Assembly (NCBI GenBank): GCA_964523675.1
Contig: CAZFZT010000001.1
Span: 4,450-68,449 of the forward strand
DNA length: 64,000 nt
Direction of reading: 5' to 3'
Source: an uncultured Isosphaeraceae bacterium
GTDB taxonomy: Bacteria; Planctomycetota; Phycisphaerae; Phycisphaerales; SM1A02
Under the pieces are notes generated by a model, which did not search any database, was not told where the DNA came from, and was given only the letters and a program-made list of their open reading frames with translations. A program made the translations under genes and the position numbers. How positions within the stretch are numbered: the stretch's first letter is position 1; every line of letters starts with the position of its first letter. Of this stretch, positions 1-9,388 are shown piece by piece.

Positions 1-179
1 CACAGGGGGTGCTGCTCGCGCATGTGGAACTGCCCAGCGGCGGAACGCTCAACGAAATGATGCTTCGAGCAGGTCTGGCGCAGCGCGATGAACGCTGGCC
101 GCACAGGATGCTGACGCCATACGCGCAGGCGGAGAACATCGCCAGGCGCAAGAGCGAAGGCATCTGGAAAGAACATTAG
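1..179 (+). CDS. C-terminal fragment of a thermonuclease (SNase)-like nuclease; 5' end lies outside the window
   Basis: Frame-3 translation ...ELPSGGTLNEMMLRAGLAQRDERWPHRMLTPYAQAENIARRKSEGIWKEH* ends at TAG 177-179. The tail resembles micrococcal-nuclease homologues. Confidence 0.45.
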   Translation, partial: QGVLLAHVELPSGGTLNEMMLRAGLAQRDERWPHRMLTPYAQAENIARRKSEGIWKEH

Positions 180-189
180 CGGGAGGTTG

Positions 190-1164
190 TCAATTTTCGC
201 GCAGATCTGCCGGTTCGATCAGACTCGCCGCTGCGCGCCATTTGCGTCGATACCAACGGAGGGCGAAGATCCCTGCGGGCACATAGAAGATCGCTTCACC
301 TGCCGATTCAACCAGCGCCAGCTGTTCCCACGGCACATCGCCCACTGACTCCATCGCGCCGAGCCGGGCCGCTACAACTGCGACACAGAACTCTCGAAAT
401 CCGACGCGCCCAAAGGGGATTAGACTCGACGCCAGCGCGACCATCGCCAGCACGATCACGTGCTCTGTCGGCAAAGTGATCTCAAGGATGAGCAGTGCGG
501 CGAACATGCGCCCCGTAAACGCGGCGATGTCGATGACGCGCAGCACGGCAGCACCCCAGAGCGCGCGGTGATCGCGCAGCAGACGGCCGATGCCCCGGCC
601 GTGCTTCATGACAAGCGGGTGTCCGGCCAGAGCGCGTGTCGCCAATGCACCGAGTGCGATCTGTCCCAAAACGAGCGCGGCCCAGATCGGGTCAAAGTCG
701 CCGCGCACCAGCCAGGCGACGACGCATGAAGCAATGCCAAGCAGCAGGACGTAGCCGATCATGGCGAACCACGCGCCGATCTGAAGCAGCTCGAGTCGAT
801 CGACACGGTGGTGGTACAGCACGCGCGCAATCGCGCCGGCCCTGATCGGCGCGTAGTTCAGCATGTTTCCCACAAGGTTGAGCATGAGCATGTCATACAT
901 GCGCACACGTCGCAGCGGCTGGATTGTGATCCAGAACGTCGCGCCGTTGAGCACCCAGCTCAGCACTGTGCAGCCGATCAACATGAAGATGTGCAACGGC
1001 TTCGCATGCCAGAGCCGCGACCAGTCGCCGTATTCATATGCCCTGTACACAATCCACCCAAGCAAGCCGAGGCCGACGCACCAGAACAGTGCTTGAAGCG
1101 CGATCTTGCGCGGCCCGCCCAAGGCATCGGCGATTCGAATGGTTGGCTGTTCCGACATGGGCAT
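190..1164 (-). CDS. Polytopic membrane protein, lysylphosphatidylglycerol-synthase TM-region-like (flippase-like, UPF0104)
   Basis: ORF 190..1542 was trimmed to ATG 1164 (MPMSEQPTIRIADAL...). It has multiple hydrophobic helices. The upstream extension would overlap divergent lpxD. Confidence 0.55.
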   Translation of the reverse strand: MPMSEQPTIRIADALGGPRKIALQALFWCVGLGLLGWIVYRAYEYGDWSRLWHAKPLHIFMLIGCTVLSWVLNGATFWITIQPLRRVRMYDMLMLNLVGNMLNYAPIRAGAIARVLYHHRVDRLELLQIGAWFAMIGYVLLLGIASCVVAWLVRGDFDPIWAALVLGQIALGALATRALAGHPLVMKHGRGIGRLLRDHRALWGAAVLRVIDIAAFTGRMFAALLILEITLPTEHVIVLAMVALASSLIPFGRVGFREFCVAVVAARLGAMESVGDVPWEQLALVESAGEAIFYVPAGIFALRWYRRKWRAAASLIEPADLREN

Positions 1165-1261
1165 GAAAACGGTGAGGATTGGAGGATACCTGCACGACCT
1201 TTGCCGTGTTCGCCAGCGAGCGAATTGACCGGACGCGGGCAAATCGCTAGGTTCACAGCCC

Positions 1262-2413
1262 ATGGCTATGACGCTTGGTGAACTTGCAGAACGGTTGGGT
1301 GCTCGGTTGATTGGCGGTCCGGCTCGGGAGACTCCGATTACCGGCTGCGTTGCCATTGAGGATGCTGCCGCTGCTCCTGGTCGTGTGACCTTCCTCGCGA
1401 ACGCCAAGTATGTGAAGTACCTCAAGAACACGAAGGCGGCTGCGGTCCTCATCAATGAGAGCGTCCCGGCTGAAAACGTGCCGGAGCATGTCGCCCGGCT
1501 GGTCGTGGATGACCCGTACTTCGCCTTTCGCAACGCACTCATCGAACTGCACGGCTACCGACAGCACCCACCGGTCATTGGACCAACTCATGCGCCGGAT
1601 GCAAAGCCATTAGCCCCCGGTTCTGCCGTGGGAAGGGCCACCTTAAGCGAACGCGCATCAATTCACCCAGATGCGGTCATCGGTCCCGAAACCTCGATTC
1701 ACCCCAACGTCGTCATCGAGCGCGGCGCGACCATCGGCTCGAAGTGCGTCCTCTACCCCGGCGTGTACATTGGCGTCGATGCGAAGATCGCCGACGAGTG
1801 CGTCCTCTTCCCAAACGTCGCTATCTACGACCGCTGCGTCCTCGGCAACCGCGTCACCCTCCACGCCAACACCGTCATCGGCCAGGACGGCTTCGGCTAC
1901 GCCACCTACAAGGGGGCCCATCACAAGATTCCGCAGACGGGCATTGTCGTGATCGAAGATGATGTCGAAATGGGGGCAGGCTGCGCAGTCGAACGGGCGA
2001 CGATGGGTGAAACCCGCATCGGCAAGGGCACCAAGTTCGCTGACCTCATCTCGATCGGCCACGGCTCGAAGATCGGCGCCCATTGCCTGTTTGTCTCGCT
2101 CGTGGGCGTCTCCGGCTCGGTGGAGATCGGCAACTACGTCGTCCTCGGCGGGCAGGTCGGCGTGGCGGGGCACCTCAAGATCGGCGACGGCGTTCAGGCC
2201 ATGGCGCGAGCGGCCATCGCGCAGGACGTCGCGCCGGGGCAGAAGATTGGCGGCGTCCCAGCCGTCCCTGCCGACCTCGCCAAACGCAACGCCCTCGCCT
2301 CGCTGAATCTCTACGAGATGACTAAACGCCTCCGGCGGCTGGAGCGGGAGATCGCCGAGGTCCGCGGGCAGGTGTCAGGAGTCAGCGATCAGGCGCCAGG
2401 GGTGGGGCCGTAG
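1262..2413 (+). CDS. lpxD: UDP-3-O-(3-hydroxyacyl)glucosamine N-acyltransferase
   Basis: N-terminal LGELAERLGARL... domain, then long left-handed beta-helix hexapeptide repeats (IHPxAVIG, IGxxCVL, IGDxV...). C-terminal helical tail. Confidence 0.9.
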   Translation: MAMTLGELAERLGARLIGGPARETPITGCVAIEDAAAAPGRVTFLANAKYVKYLKNTKAAAVLINESVPAENVPEHVARLVVDDPYFAFRNALIELHGYRQHPPVIGPTHAPDAKPLAPGSAVGRATLSERASIHPDAVIGPETSIHPNVVIERGATIGSKCVLYPGVYIGVDAKIADECVLFPNVAIYDRCVLGNRVTLHANTVIGQDGFGYATYKGAHHKIPQTGIVVIEDDVEMGAGCAVERATMGETRIGKGTKFADLISIGHGSKIGAHCLFVSLVGVSGSVEIGNYVVLGGQVGVAGHLKIGDGVQAMARAAIAQDVAPGQKIGGVPAVPADLAKRNALASLNLYEMTKRLRRLEREIAEVRGQVSGVSDQAPGVGP

Positions 2414-2507
2414 AACTGACCGGTCGACCTACAGAAAACGGACACCTGCCGCCTGACACCCGACACCGCCGATCGCGTATCGTGTACGCGGAGCGCAGCG
2501 GAACTTC

Positions 2508-3830
2508 GTGGTCAAAGTCAGACAACAACTTGGAAAATATCGCATCGAGAAGCGGCTGGCCGAAGGCGGCTTCGCGGCTGTCTATCGCGCGCTCGACACC
2601 ATCGAGGGCATCCCCGTTGCGCTCAAGATTCCGCACGCGCACCTGCTCACCAAGCACGCGATGGACGACTTCCGCAGGGAAGTGCGCCTCACCGCCCGGC
2701 TGGATCATCCCAACATCCTGCCGATCAAGAACGCGACGTACATCGACGATCGTTTCGTCATCGTCTATCCGCTGGGCAAGTCATCGCTCGCAGACCGATT
2801 GTCGCGCAGGATGTCGCTGCGCACCGCGATGAACTTCGCTGAGCAAATGCTCGTGGCCGTTGCTGCTGCGCACGATCGCAAGATCGTTCATCTTGATGTC
2901 AAACCCGACAACTTCATCATCTTCAATGACGATCGGCTGCGCCTGACCGACTTCGGCATCGCCAAGGTCGCGCAGCGCACGATCGAAGCGTCCGGCGCGG
3001 GAACGGTGGGATACATCGCGCCAGAGCAGGCGATGGGCCGGCCCTCGCCGCGTTCCGATGTGTTTGCGCTCGGCTTGATTATCTATCGCATGGTCACGGG
3101 GCATTTGCCGGAGTGGCCGTTTGAGTGGCCGCCGCCGGGTTACGATCGGCTCAAGCGCGCGGTGCATCCGCAATTCATAGCGTTTCTTCGCCGGGCGATG
3201 GCGGTGGATCAGCGCGTGCGATATGCCGATGCGCGCAAGATGCTCGAAGCGTTTCGTCGCATCAAACCGCGCGCGATTCGGCATCATCTCAACGGTAAAG
3301 TGACGCGCAGCGGGAAGCGCAAGAAGCCGGCGACGACGAAGCGCGACTGGAAGACCGTGCGCGTGCGCGAGTTCCTTCGGCGATACAAAGCCCCGCTGGA
3401 CATTCGCTGCACGTGCGAGAACTGCGGGGAGCCGGTGGCTGAGGCCATGCAGGCGTGCCCTTGGTGCGGCGTCAAGCGCGAGAAACACCTGGATGAAACG
3501 ACGTATCCCGCGCGGTGTCCCCGATGCAAACGCGGCATGAAACTCGACTGGCGGTTCTGCGCGTGGTGCTACGGACCGGCCATTGGACCGTTCTCGAACC
3601 GCCAATTTACTGACAAGCGATATGCAAAGAGCGCGAAGTGCTCGAATCGCGCCTGTGAACGCAAAGCATTGATTCCGTTCTCGCGCTATTGTCCATGGTG
3701 CCGCACCAAGGTGAAGCACAAGTGGGCGATACCCGGCGGCGCCACGAAGGAGCGATGTCCGTCATGCCGCTGGGGCGTCGTCAGCGAATTCTGGGACTAC
3801 TGCCCTTGGTGTGCCCGGAAACTCGGGTAG
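2508..3830 (+). CDS. Soluble Ser/Thr protein kinase with four C-terminal zinc-ribbon modules
   Basis: Hanks motifs GGFAAVY, VALKIP, HLDVKPDN, DFG, GTVGYIAPE. The C-terminus carries four CxxC...CxxC units, each ending in CPWC or CAWC. GTG start. Confidence 0.85.
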   Translation: MVKVRQQLGKYRIEKRLAEGGFAAVYRALDTIEGIPVALKIPHAHLLTKHAMDDFRREVRLTARLDHPNILPIKNATYIDDRFVIVYPLGKSSLADRLSRRMSLRTAMNFAEQMLVAVAAAHDRKIVHLDVKPDNFIIFNDDRLRLTDFGIAKVAQRTIEASGAGTVGYIAPEQAMGRPSPRSDVFALGLIIYRMVTGHLPEWPFEWPPPGYDRLKRAVHPQFIAFLRRAMAVDQRVRYADARKMLEAFRRIKPRAIRHHLNGKVTRSGKRKKPATTKRDWKTVRVREFLRRYKAPLDIRCTCENCGEPVAEAMQACPWCGVKREKHLDETTYPARCPRCKRGMKLDWRFCAWCYGPAIGPFSNRQFTDKRYAKSAKCSNRACERKALIPFSRYCPWCRTKVKHKWAIPGGATKERCPSCRWGVVSEFWDYCPWCARKLG

Positions 3831-3842
3831 CCCGACAGCGTG

Positions 3843-4006
3843 TTCACCACAGAGGCACAGACGACACAGAGGAGAGCGGGTTGATTTTGAAACTGATTGG
3901 AGAGGGTGTTGTTCGGGTAGGCGCCAAGGCGAAGCGCGCTTTAATCAATACATCCTGCTCGCTCTCGCTCTCGCTTCCTCTCTGCTCTCTGTGCCTCTGT
4001 GGTGAA
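3843..4006. repeat. Inverted-repeat element with octamer-periodic arms
   Basis: TTCACCACAGAGGCACAGA at 3843-3861 is the perfect reverse complement of 3988-4006. The arms continue as degenerate 8-nt periods (CACAGAGG CACAGACG ... / ...GAGAGCGA). It lies between the kinase stop and the sigma-factor start. Confidence 0.8.
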
Positions 4007-4053
4007 CCCCCGCCGTGAAACTCGGATGAGTCCCCGCCCAATAAGGAATTGCT

Positions 4054-4794
4054 GTGATGAACACGCTCACCACATCCTTCGTCCGCCGACTGCGCAACCG
4101 TGATGAGGCGGCGTGGTTTGAGTTATGGGAGATCTTCGGTCCCGTCATCCGGGCGCAACTTTCCAAATGGGGCAGAGGCCGTATCGGCGTGGAGACCGTG
4201 CGCGATCTGACGCAAGAGACGCTCGCGGCGCTTTCTGACTCGATCGACCGCTACGATCCGAATCGCGGCGCGCGGTTCAGCACGTGGCTCCTCTCCATCG
4301 CCAAGCATGCGCTCGGCGATGAGATGGATCGACGCATGGCCCTCAAGCGCGGCGGTGGAGTGAAGGCGATGGAACTTGACGAGCGCTATATGGGCAAAGC
4401 TGCGGTCGTTGAAGCGGACGAGCACTATCAGCGGAACATCTTCGAGGCGAAGGTGTACGCAGCGATTCGCAAGGCCGAGCAGGAATCGGACTTCGTGCAG
4501 TTCCAGGTGTATCGCATGCGAGTTTTCGATGGCGCAAGCGGCAAGGTATGCGCCGAGCAGCTCGGCATCAGCGAGCCGACCGTAACGCGACATGTGCAGC
4601 GCGTGCGCGAGGTGCTGCGAGCGCGGCTTGCGGAGGTTGTCACGACCTATTCATTCACGGCCGAAGAAGAAACAGAACCGGACAAAGCCGGTCTGTGCGG
4701 GCCTGATCAGATGTTTGATGAAGCCATTTGCGAAATCTACCACAGGCAGTCGAAGCTTGTTCTCGATGATGAATCGATGAGTTCCCAGTTCTAG
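4054..4794 (+). CDS. ECF-type RNA polymerase sigma-70 factor with a C-terminal extension
   Basis: Region 2 (DLTQETLAALSDSIDRYDP..FSTWLLSIAKHALGD) and region 4 HTH (CAEQLGISEPTVTRHVQRVREVLR). About 50 extra C-terminal residues. Confidence 0.85.
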   Translation: MMNTLTTSFVRRLRNRDEAAWFELWEIFGPVIRAQLSKWGRGRIGVETVRDLTQETLAALSDSIDRYDPNRGARFSTWLLSIAKHALGDEMDRRMALKRGGGVKAMELDERYMGKAAVVEADEHYQRNIFEAKVYAAIRKAEQESDFVQFQVYRMRVFDGASGKVCAEQLGISEPTVTRHVQRVREVLRARLAEVVTTYSFTAEEETEPDKAGLCGPDQMFDEAICEIYHRQSKLVLDDESMSSQF

Positions 4795-4932
4795 CCGTTT
4801 GCATGACTGAAGCATTGCGACCCCCACCTTTCGTTCGCCACGTCACGCTCCAATGCGCGTCGCGGCTCAACACGCTGAAGACGCTGGTCGCATGGTGCCA
4901 CCCACGAACCTCGAATTGCTGAGCTCTCCATC

Positions 4933-7137
4933 ATGGCCCTCACGCCTCTTGCCATTCTCCTGTTCATCATCGCCGGGATCGTTTGCTTTGTGCTCTTTAC
5001 GATCTTCGTGATGGTGCCGCTGTTCCGCGGGATCGGTTGGCTGATCGGTTCGTTCTTTACCGGCGTTGCGTGGTTCATTGGCCACATCGCGGAGTGTATC
5101 GGTGGGATGATCGGCGACACCGTGCGCTGTATTGGATCCGCAATCTCGATTGTTCCGCTTTCATTGCTGAGTGTTCTCAATGTGATCATCGGTCGATGGT
5201 CCGCAGCGGGCCACTTTGCCGACTCTGTGAAGCGAGAATGTCATGTTGCCGGCGCCTGTTTGTATCGCGTGCTGCTGCGCAGACCACTCAAACTCTTCTG
5301 GTTGCATGGTCTCCTTGAAGGTGTGGAGCAGCGCGTGCCCGAGGCCATGTCTGCAGCACCTGGACGTGATCGCCCAGCTCGAGGGGTCGGGCAGTTCGAT
5401 GGATATACGATCGTCGGTTCACTTGCAGGCGGCGGCTCCGGCGGCAAGCTTTACATCGCCCGGCCGGATGAACATAAGCGGCGTCGCCTCGTCGGACATC
5501 CGGACGCTGTCGTCATTAAGTCGTTTGCGTTGACGGAGGGATCCTCCCTGCCGCAGATTGTCCGTGAAAGCCGCGCACTTGAAGCGGCGAAGCAGCTCGG
5601 CCACGTGCTGGATCACAACATGGACGAGAGCCGCTTCTACTACGTCATGCCGTACCACCCCGGTGAGCATCTCGGCATCGTTACGCGACAACTCCACGGT
5701 GAAACAGACGGCAAGGGGCTCGGATCGAAACAGTTGTCGCGGGCAGTGGGCTACGTGCGTGACCTCGTTACCACGCTTTCGCATTATCACCTTGGTGGGC
5801 TCTGGCATAAGGATGTCAAACCTGAGAACATCATCGTGCATGATGCGCGGGCGCATCTGGTCGATCTGGGGCTGGTGACTCCGCTCAAGAGCGCGATGAC
5901 GCTTACGACGCACGGCACCGAATACTTTCGTGATCCGGAAATGGTGCGGCAGGCGCTGCGCGGCGTGAAGGTGCACCAGGTCGATGGCGCGAAGTTTGAC
6001 ATCTACGCCGCCGGCGCAGTGCTCTACTTTATGATCGAGAATACGTTCCCCGCGCACGGGGGCCTCAGCCGTTTCTCGCTCAAGTCGCCCGAAGCACTTC
6101 GCTGGATCGTGAGACGCGCGATGGCGGAATACAACCAGCGATATGACTCCGCCGATGTCATGCTCGCCGATCTGCAATACGTGCTGCATGCCGACGACCC
6201 CTTCGCAATCAAACCGGCGCAGTTGCCCTCGATGGGTGGCCGGCCTGTGGAGGTGACTGCTTCGCAGCACCGTGCAGCAGAGGAATCCGCAGTTCATTTC
6301 GCGCAGGGATTTCCGCAGGATGCCGAGCCGCGCGAACATCCACCACGGCAGGCGGAAGCTCATCACGCCCACACCCCGAAGCCGCCGGCACGTCCTCGAC
6401 TTCGAGTCACCAACTGGTGGACGGGTAAATACGCGGTTGATGGTGGTCCAGACGCGCAGCCGCGCTCAGCCGCCGGTTCCGTCCCCGCTGCGGATGTTCG
6501 ACGCACTGCGCGTGAACAGATCGCATCGGCTCGTGCTCGAGCCAGGGAGGTCCGAGCTCGCGCTCAGGCGCATCGCCATCAGGTCGGCATCGAGCGGCAG
6601 CCGACGCCTGCTGTTGTCATGATCGTGCTTGGGTCGATCGCGTTTCTCGGTTTCATCCTTTATGCCGGCTGGCCCCGCAATGGCGCACCGGTGGAAGGGC
6701 TGCTTGATGGCTCGTGGAACGTTACGCGTGAGGTCAAGGTCAGCCGCTCGCAAACATCGATCATTTCGGCGGGCTCGGATGAGGGCGCCATTGCCGCACC
6801 GCCAACCTCACAGCCGTGGCTGCTCATCAACGATCACCCGGCCAAGCACGATCCTCGGGTACAGCAGCAGGTTGCGGAGATCATTCAGCGCTACAAGGAC
6901 GCTGGCTGGCATGTTCGTGAAGAAGAAGCCGCAGCCGAAGCGGACATTCGCCGCTACCTGCCGACGATATCCGAGCAGTTTGCGGCAGGCGACGCTTTGA
7001 TGACGAGCATCGCTCGATGGGACTTTGGCGGCATTCTTTATGTTGATGCAGCGGCTGAACCCGGCGATCTGCCTTCTCATCAACGGCTGCGGGTGCGCGA
7101 ACTGGCTGCCACGGTTGCTGCTGCGAGTCGCGACTGA
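4933..7137 (+). CDS. Membrane-embedded Ser/Thr protein kinase
   Basis: N-terminal hydrophobic helices. Kinase motifs GGGSGGKLY, VVIKSF, HKDVKPENIIV, VDLGLV, GTEYFRDPE. Arg-rich linker, a further TM (VVMIVLGSIAFLGFILYAGW) and a ~130-aa C-terminal domain. Confidence 0.85.
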   Translation: MALTPLAILLFIIAGIVCFVLFTIFVMVPLFRGIGWLIGSFFTGVAWFIGHIAECIGGMIGDTVRCIGSAISIVPLSLLSVLNVIIGRWSAAGHFADSVKRECHVAGACLYRVLLRRPLKLFWLHGLLEGVEQRVPEAMSAAPGRDRPARGVGQFDGYTIVGSLAGGGSGGKLYIARPDEHKRRRLVGHPDAVVIKSFALTEGSSLPQIVRESRALEAAKQLGHVLDHNMDESRFYYVMPYHPGEHLGIVTRQLHGETDGKGLGSKQLSRAVGYVRDLVTTLSHYHLGGLWHKDVKPENIIVHDARAHLVDLGLVTPLKSAMTLTTHGTEYFRDPEMVRQALRGVKVHQVDGAKFDIYAAGAVLYFMIENTFPAHGGLSRFSLKSPEALRWIVRRAMAEYNQRYDSADVMLADLQYVLHADDPFAIKPAQLPSMGGRPVEVTASQHRAAEESAVHFAQGFPQDAEPREHPPRQAEAHHAHTPKPPARPRLRVTNWWTGKYAVDGGPDAQPRSAAGSVPAADVRRTAREQIASARARAREVRARAQAHRHQVGIERQPTPAVVMIVLGSIAFLGFILYAGWPRNGAPVEGLLDGSWNVTREVKVSRSQTSIISAGSDEGAIAAPPTSQPWLLINDHPAKHDPRVQQQVAEIIQRYKDAGWHVREEEAAAEADIRRYLPTISEQFAAGDALMTSIARWDFGGILYVDAAAEPGDLPSHQRLRVRELAATVAAASRD

Positions 7138-7232
7138 ACTGATTCGCAACGTCGATCTCGTGAGGCAACGTCGGCGGAGTTCAGGGGCCGGTTTGCGGCG
7201 GGCGGCCGCGCACAGACGACCTATCATCGCTC

Positions 7233-8561
7233 ATGCCGAAGCGCGTCGTTATCGTCGGAGCTGGCTTTGGCGGGGCGTACTGCGCACACCGGCTTGAGCG
7301 AACGCTCCGGAGCATCGATGCGGACGTATTGGCGCTTGATCGAAAGAACTACTTTACCTTTACGCCGTTCCTCCTTGAGGCGGGTACTGGCGCTGTCGAG
7401 CCGCGGCATGCGGTTGTACCGATTCGATCGTTCATGAAGCACGGCGAGTTTCGCATGGCGGAAGTCCACGGCGTCGATCTGGTGAACCAGCGCGTGTCAT
7501 ACCGACAGAGCATTCCCGGTGAGGAGATTGCGGACACTCAATCGGTGGAGTACGACCATCTTGTGCTTGCCCTGGGTAGCGTGACGAAACTGCCGCCTGT
7601 GCCGGGGCTGCACGAGTACGGCTTCGAGCTGAAGGGACTGACCGACGCTGTTTCGCTCCGTGACCGCGCCGTTTCAATGCTGGAGATTGCCAATGCGACA
7701 AGCGATGCAATGCTGCGGCGCGAACTGCTGCACTTCGTGGTCGTCGGCGCCAACTTTACAGGTGCGGAGCTTGCCGGTGAATTCGATGTCTTCCTTCGTT
7801 CGGCAGCGCGGCGGCATTATCCAAATCTGTCCGAAAGCGACTGCCGCGTCACGCTCATTGAGCTGGCGGATCGGATCCTCGGCGCGCTCGATCCAAAGCT
7901 CTCTGATTATGCGCTTCGCACACTTCGCAAGCGGGGGATCGATATACGACTACGAACGACTGTAGAGGAAGTCGAGCGTCGTCGCGTGATCCTGAATGAC
8001 GGTACGGACCTCGCGACCCGAACGGTGATCTGGTGCGCTGGCATTGAGCCAAGCCCGCTCATTGAGAAACTCGATCTTCCCGTCGATGAGCGTGGGTACA
8101 TCCTGTGTGAACGCGATCTTCGTGTGAAGGACTTTGAGAATGTCTGGGCGATTGGCGACTCGGCGGTGAACATCGACTCGACTGGGCGGCCTTATCCCGC
8201 GACTGCGCAGCATGCCGTCGCGCAGGGGCGGCATCTGGCGAAGAACCTGGCGCTTGCTTTGCGTGGGCGAGGGGCGCAGCCATGCGAGCTGCGCACGAAG
8301 GGCACGTTGGCTGCCTTAGGTGGCATGAGCGGTGTGGCTCAGATCGGGCCGGTGCGGATATCGGGGTTTCTTGCGTGGTGGTTGTGGCGCACCGTTTATC
8401 TGCTGAAGATTCCGACGTTCCGCCGCAAGCTGCGCATCGCGCTTGACTGGACCGTGATGCTGTTCTTTCGCAACGATGTTGTGCAGCTGGGCATCCTTCG
8501 GCCCGAGCGGCACATCGTTCGTGAGAAGCGCAAGGTAATGATGTCATCAAACGAGTGTTAG
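7233..8561 (+). CDS. ndh: Type II NADH dehydrogenase (NDH-2) / FAD-dependent pyridine nucleotide-disulfide oxidoreductase
   Basis: Two Rossmann motifs (VVIVGAGFGG and FVVVGANFTGAE), WAIGD motif, C-terminal membrane-association helix. Confidence 0.8.
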   Translation: MPKRVVIVGAGFGGAYCAHRLERTLRSIDADVLALDRKNYFTFTPFLLEAGTGAVEPRHAVVPIRSFMKHGEFRMAEVHGVDLVNQRVSYRQSIPGEEIADTQSVEYDHLVLALGSVTKLPPVPGLHEYGFELKGLTDAVSLRDRAVSMLEIANATSDAMLRRELLHFVVVGANFTGAELAGEFDVFLRSAARRHYPNLSESDCRVTLIELADRILGALDPKLSDYALRTLRKRGIDIRLRTTVEEVERRRVILNDGTDLATRTVIWCAGIEPSPLIEKLDLPVDERGYILCERDLRVKDFENVWAIGDSAVNIDSTGRPYPATAQHAVAQGRHLAKNLALALRGRGAQPCELRTKGTLAALGGMSGVAQIGPVRISGFLAWWLWRTVYLLKIPTFRRKLRIALDWTVMLFFRNDVVQLGILRPERHIVREKRKVMMSSNEC

Positions 8562-9349
8562 TTCCGGTTGCCGCGAGCGTTCTCTCGGCCGCTCTCTTCA
8601 ACCCGAACAGTGGTTCGCATGGCTTCGCGCTGCTGCGCTTTCCACGTATCCGCATCAAGCGTAAACGTGCCGATGTGCCTGCCCATGTGCATGAGTGGAA
8701 CGAGCAGCGGCATCGCATTCGCTGGAGGATCCTCATCGATTGGCAGCAGACAATCTCGCTCGATGGCGCCGGAGCCGTCAAACACACGGTACAGCTGTCT
8801 CGGGCGGCTGGGGTGAGCTTCTATGCAATCAAGCAAAAGCAATCGCAAGTCATCGCCATTGCGATCGCACCACCACGCAACGGGTTCGCCCGGCATCAGA
8901 ATCGTGCCCGGCTGCGCCAGGGCAACAGAGCCGCGGCCGGCGAGAATGTCCTCAAGCGGCACGCCAGGCATAATCATCTCACCGGGGCCAGGCCAGATCA
9001 GTTCGACAAGCCCCTTATAAACCGATGCGTTCAGTGCGCTTCTGGCATCAAGCGCCATTTCGACCACGCTGCCGGGCGCCTGCCCCTCCCAGATGGCATG
9101 CAGGGCGGTCTCGCTCTGCTCGATGATGATTTCCGCACGGTCCCGCGCGTGCGGCCGATCGTCCGGTTCGAGCCGTTCGAGATCGGCAAGAGCGAAAGTC
9201 ACTGCCTGAAGGGTGATGATGTGCGGTACCGAGTCGCGCCAGCTCGTCCCTTCTGCATCCGTCGACAGCGCGCACGACGCCTTGGCAAAGTCGATCCACT
9301 TGCCCAGCAGCACGGTCCACGAGAGGGCTTCGGGATGAAGATCAGACAT
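8558..9349 (-). CDS. Hypothetical protein (263 aa); last gene of the ybeY-corC string
   Basis: The minus-strand translation has normal composition. The overlapping plus-strand ORF 8555..9556 is Arg-rich and looks like an artefact. No recognised motif. Confidence 0.5.
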   Translation of the reverse strand: MSDLHPEALSWTVLLGKWIDFAKASCALSTDAEGTSWRDSVPHIITLQAVTFALADLERLEPDDRPHARDRAEIIIEQSETALHAIWEGQAPGSVVEMALDARSALNASVYKGLVELIWPGPGEMIMPGVPLEDILAGRGSVALAQPGTILMPGEPVAWWCDRNGDDLRLLLLDCIEAHPSRPRQLYRVFDGSGAIERDCLLPIDEDPPANAMPLLVPLMHMGRHIGTFTLDADTWKAQQREAMRTTVRVEESGRENARGNRN

Positions 9350-9388
9350 GATCGATCTGGAGATGACGCGGATCGGCCAAGGGCGTCG

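Noticed and set aside
1165-1542. N-terminal extension of the membrane protein ORF 190..1542
   Set aside because: It would overlap divergent lpxD by about 280 nt. The extension is Ser/Ala/Arg-rich. The hydrophobic protein begins sensibly at ATG 1164.
5419-6372. 317-aa ORF on the minus strand
   Set aside because: It is antisense to the kinase domain of the 734-aa Ser/Thr kinase, whose Hanks motifs make the plus strand unambiguous.
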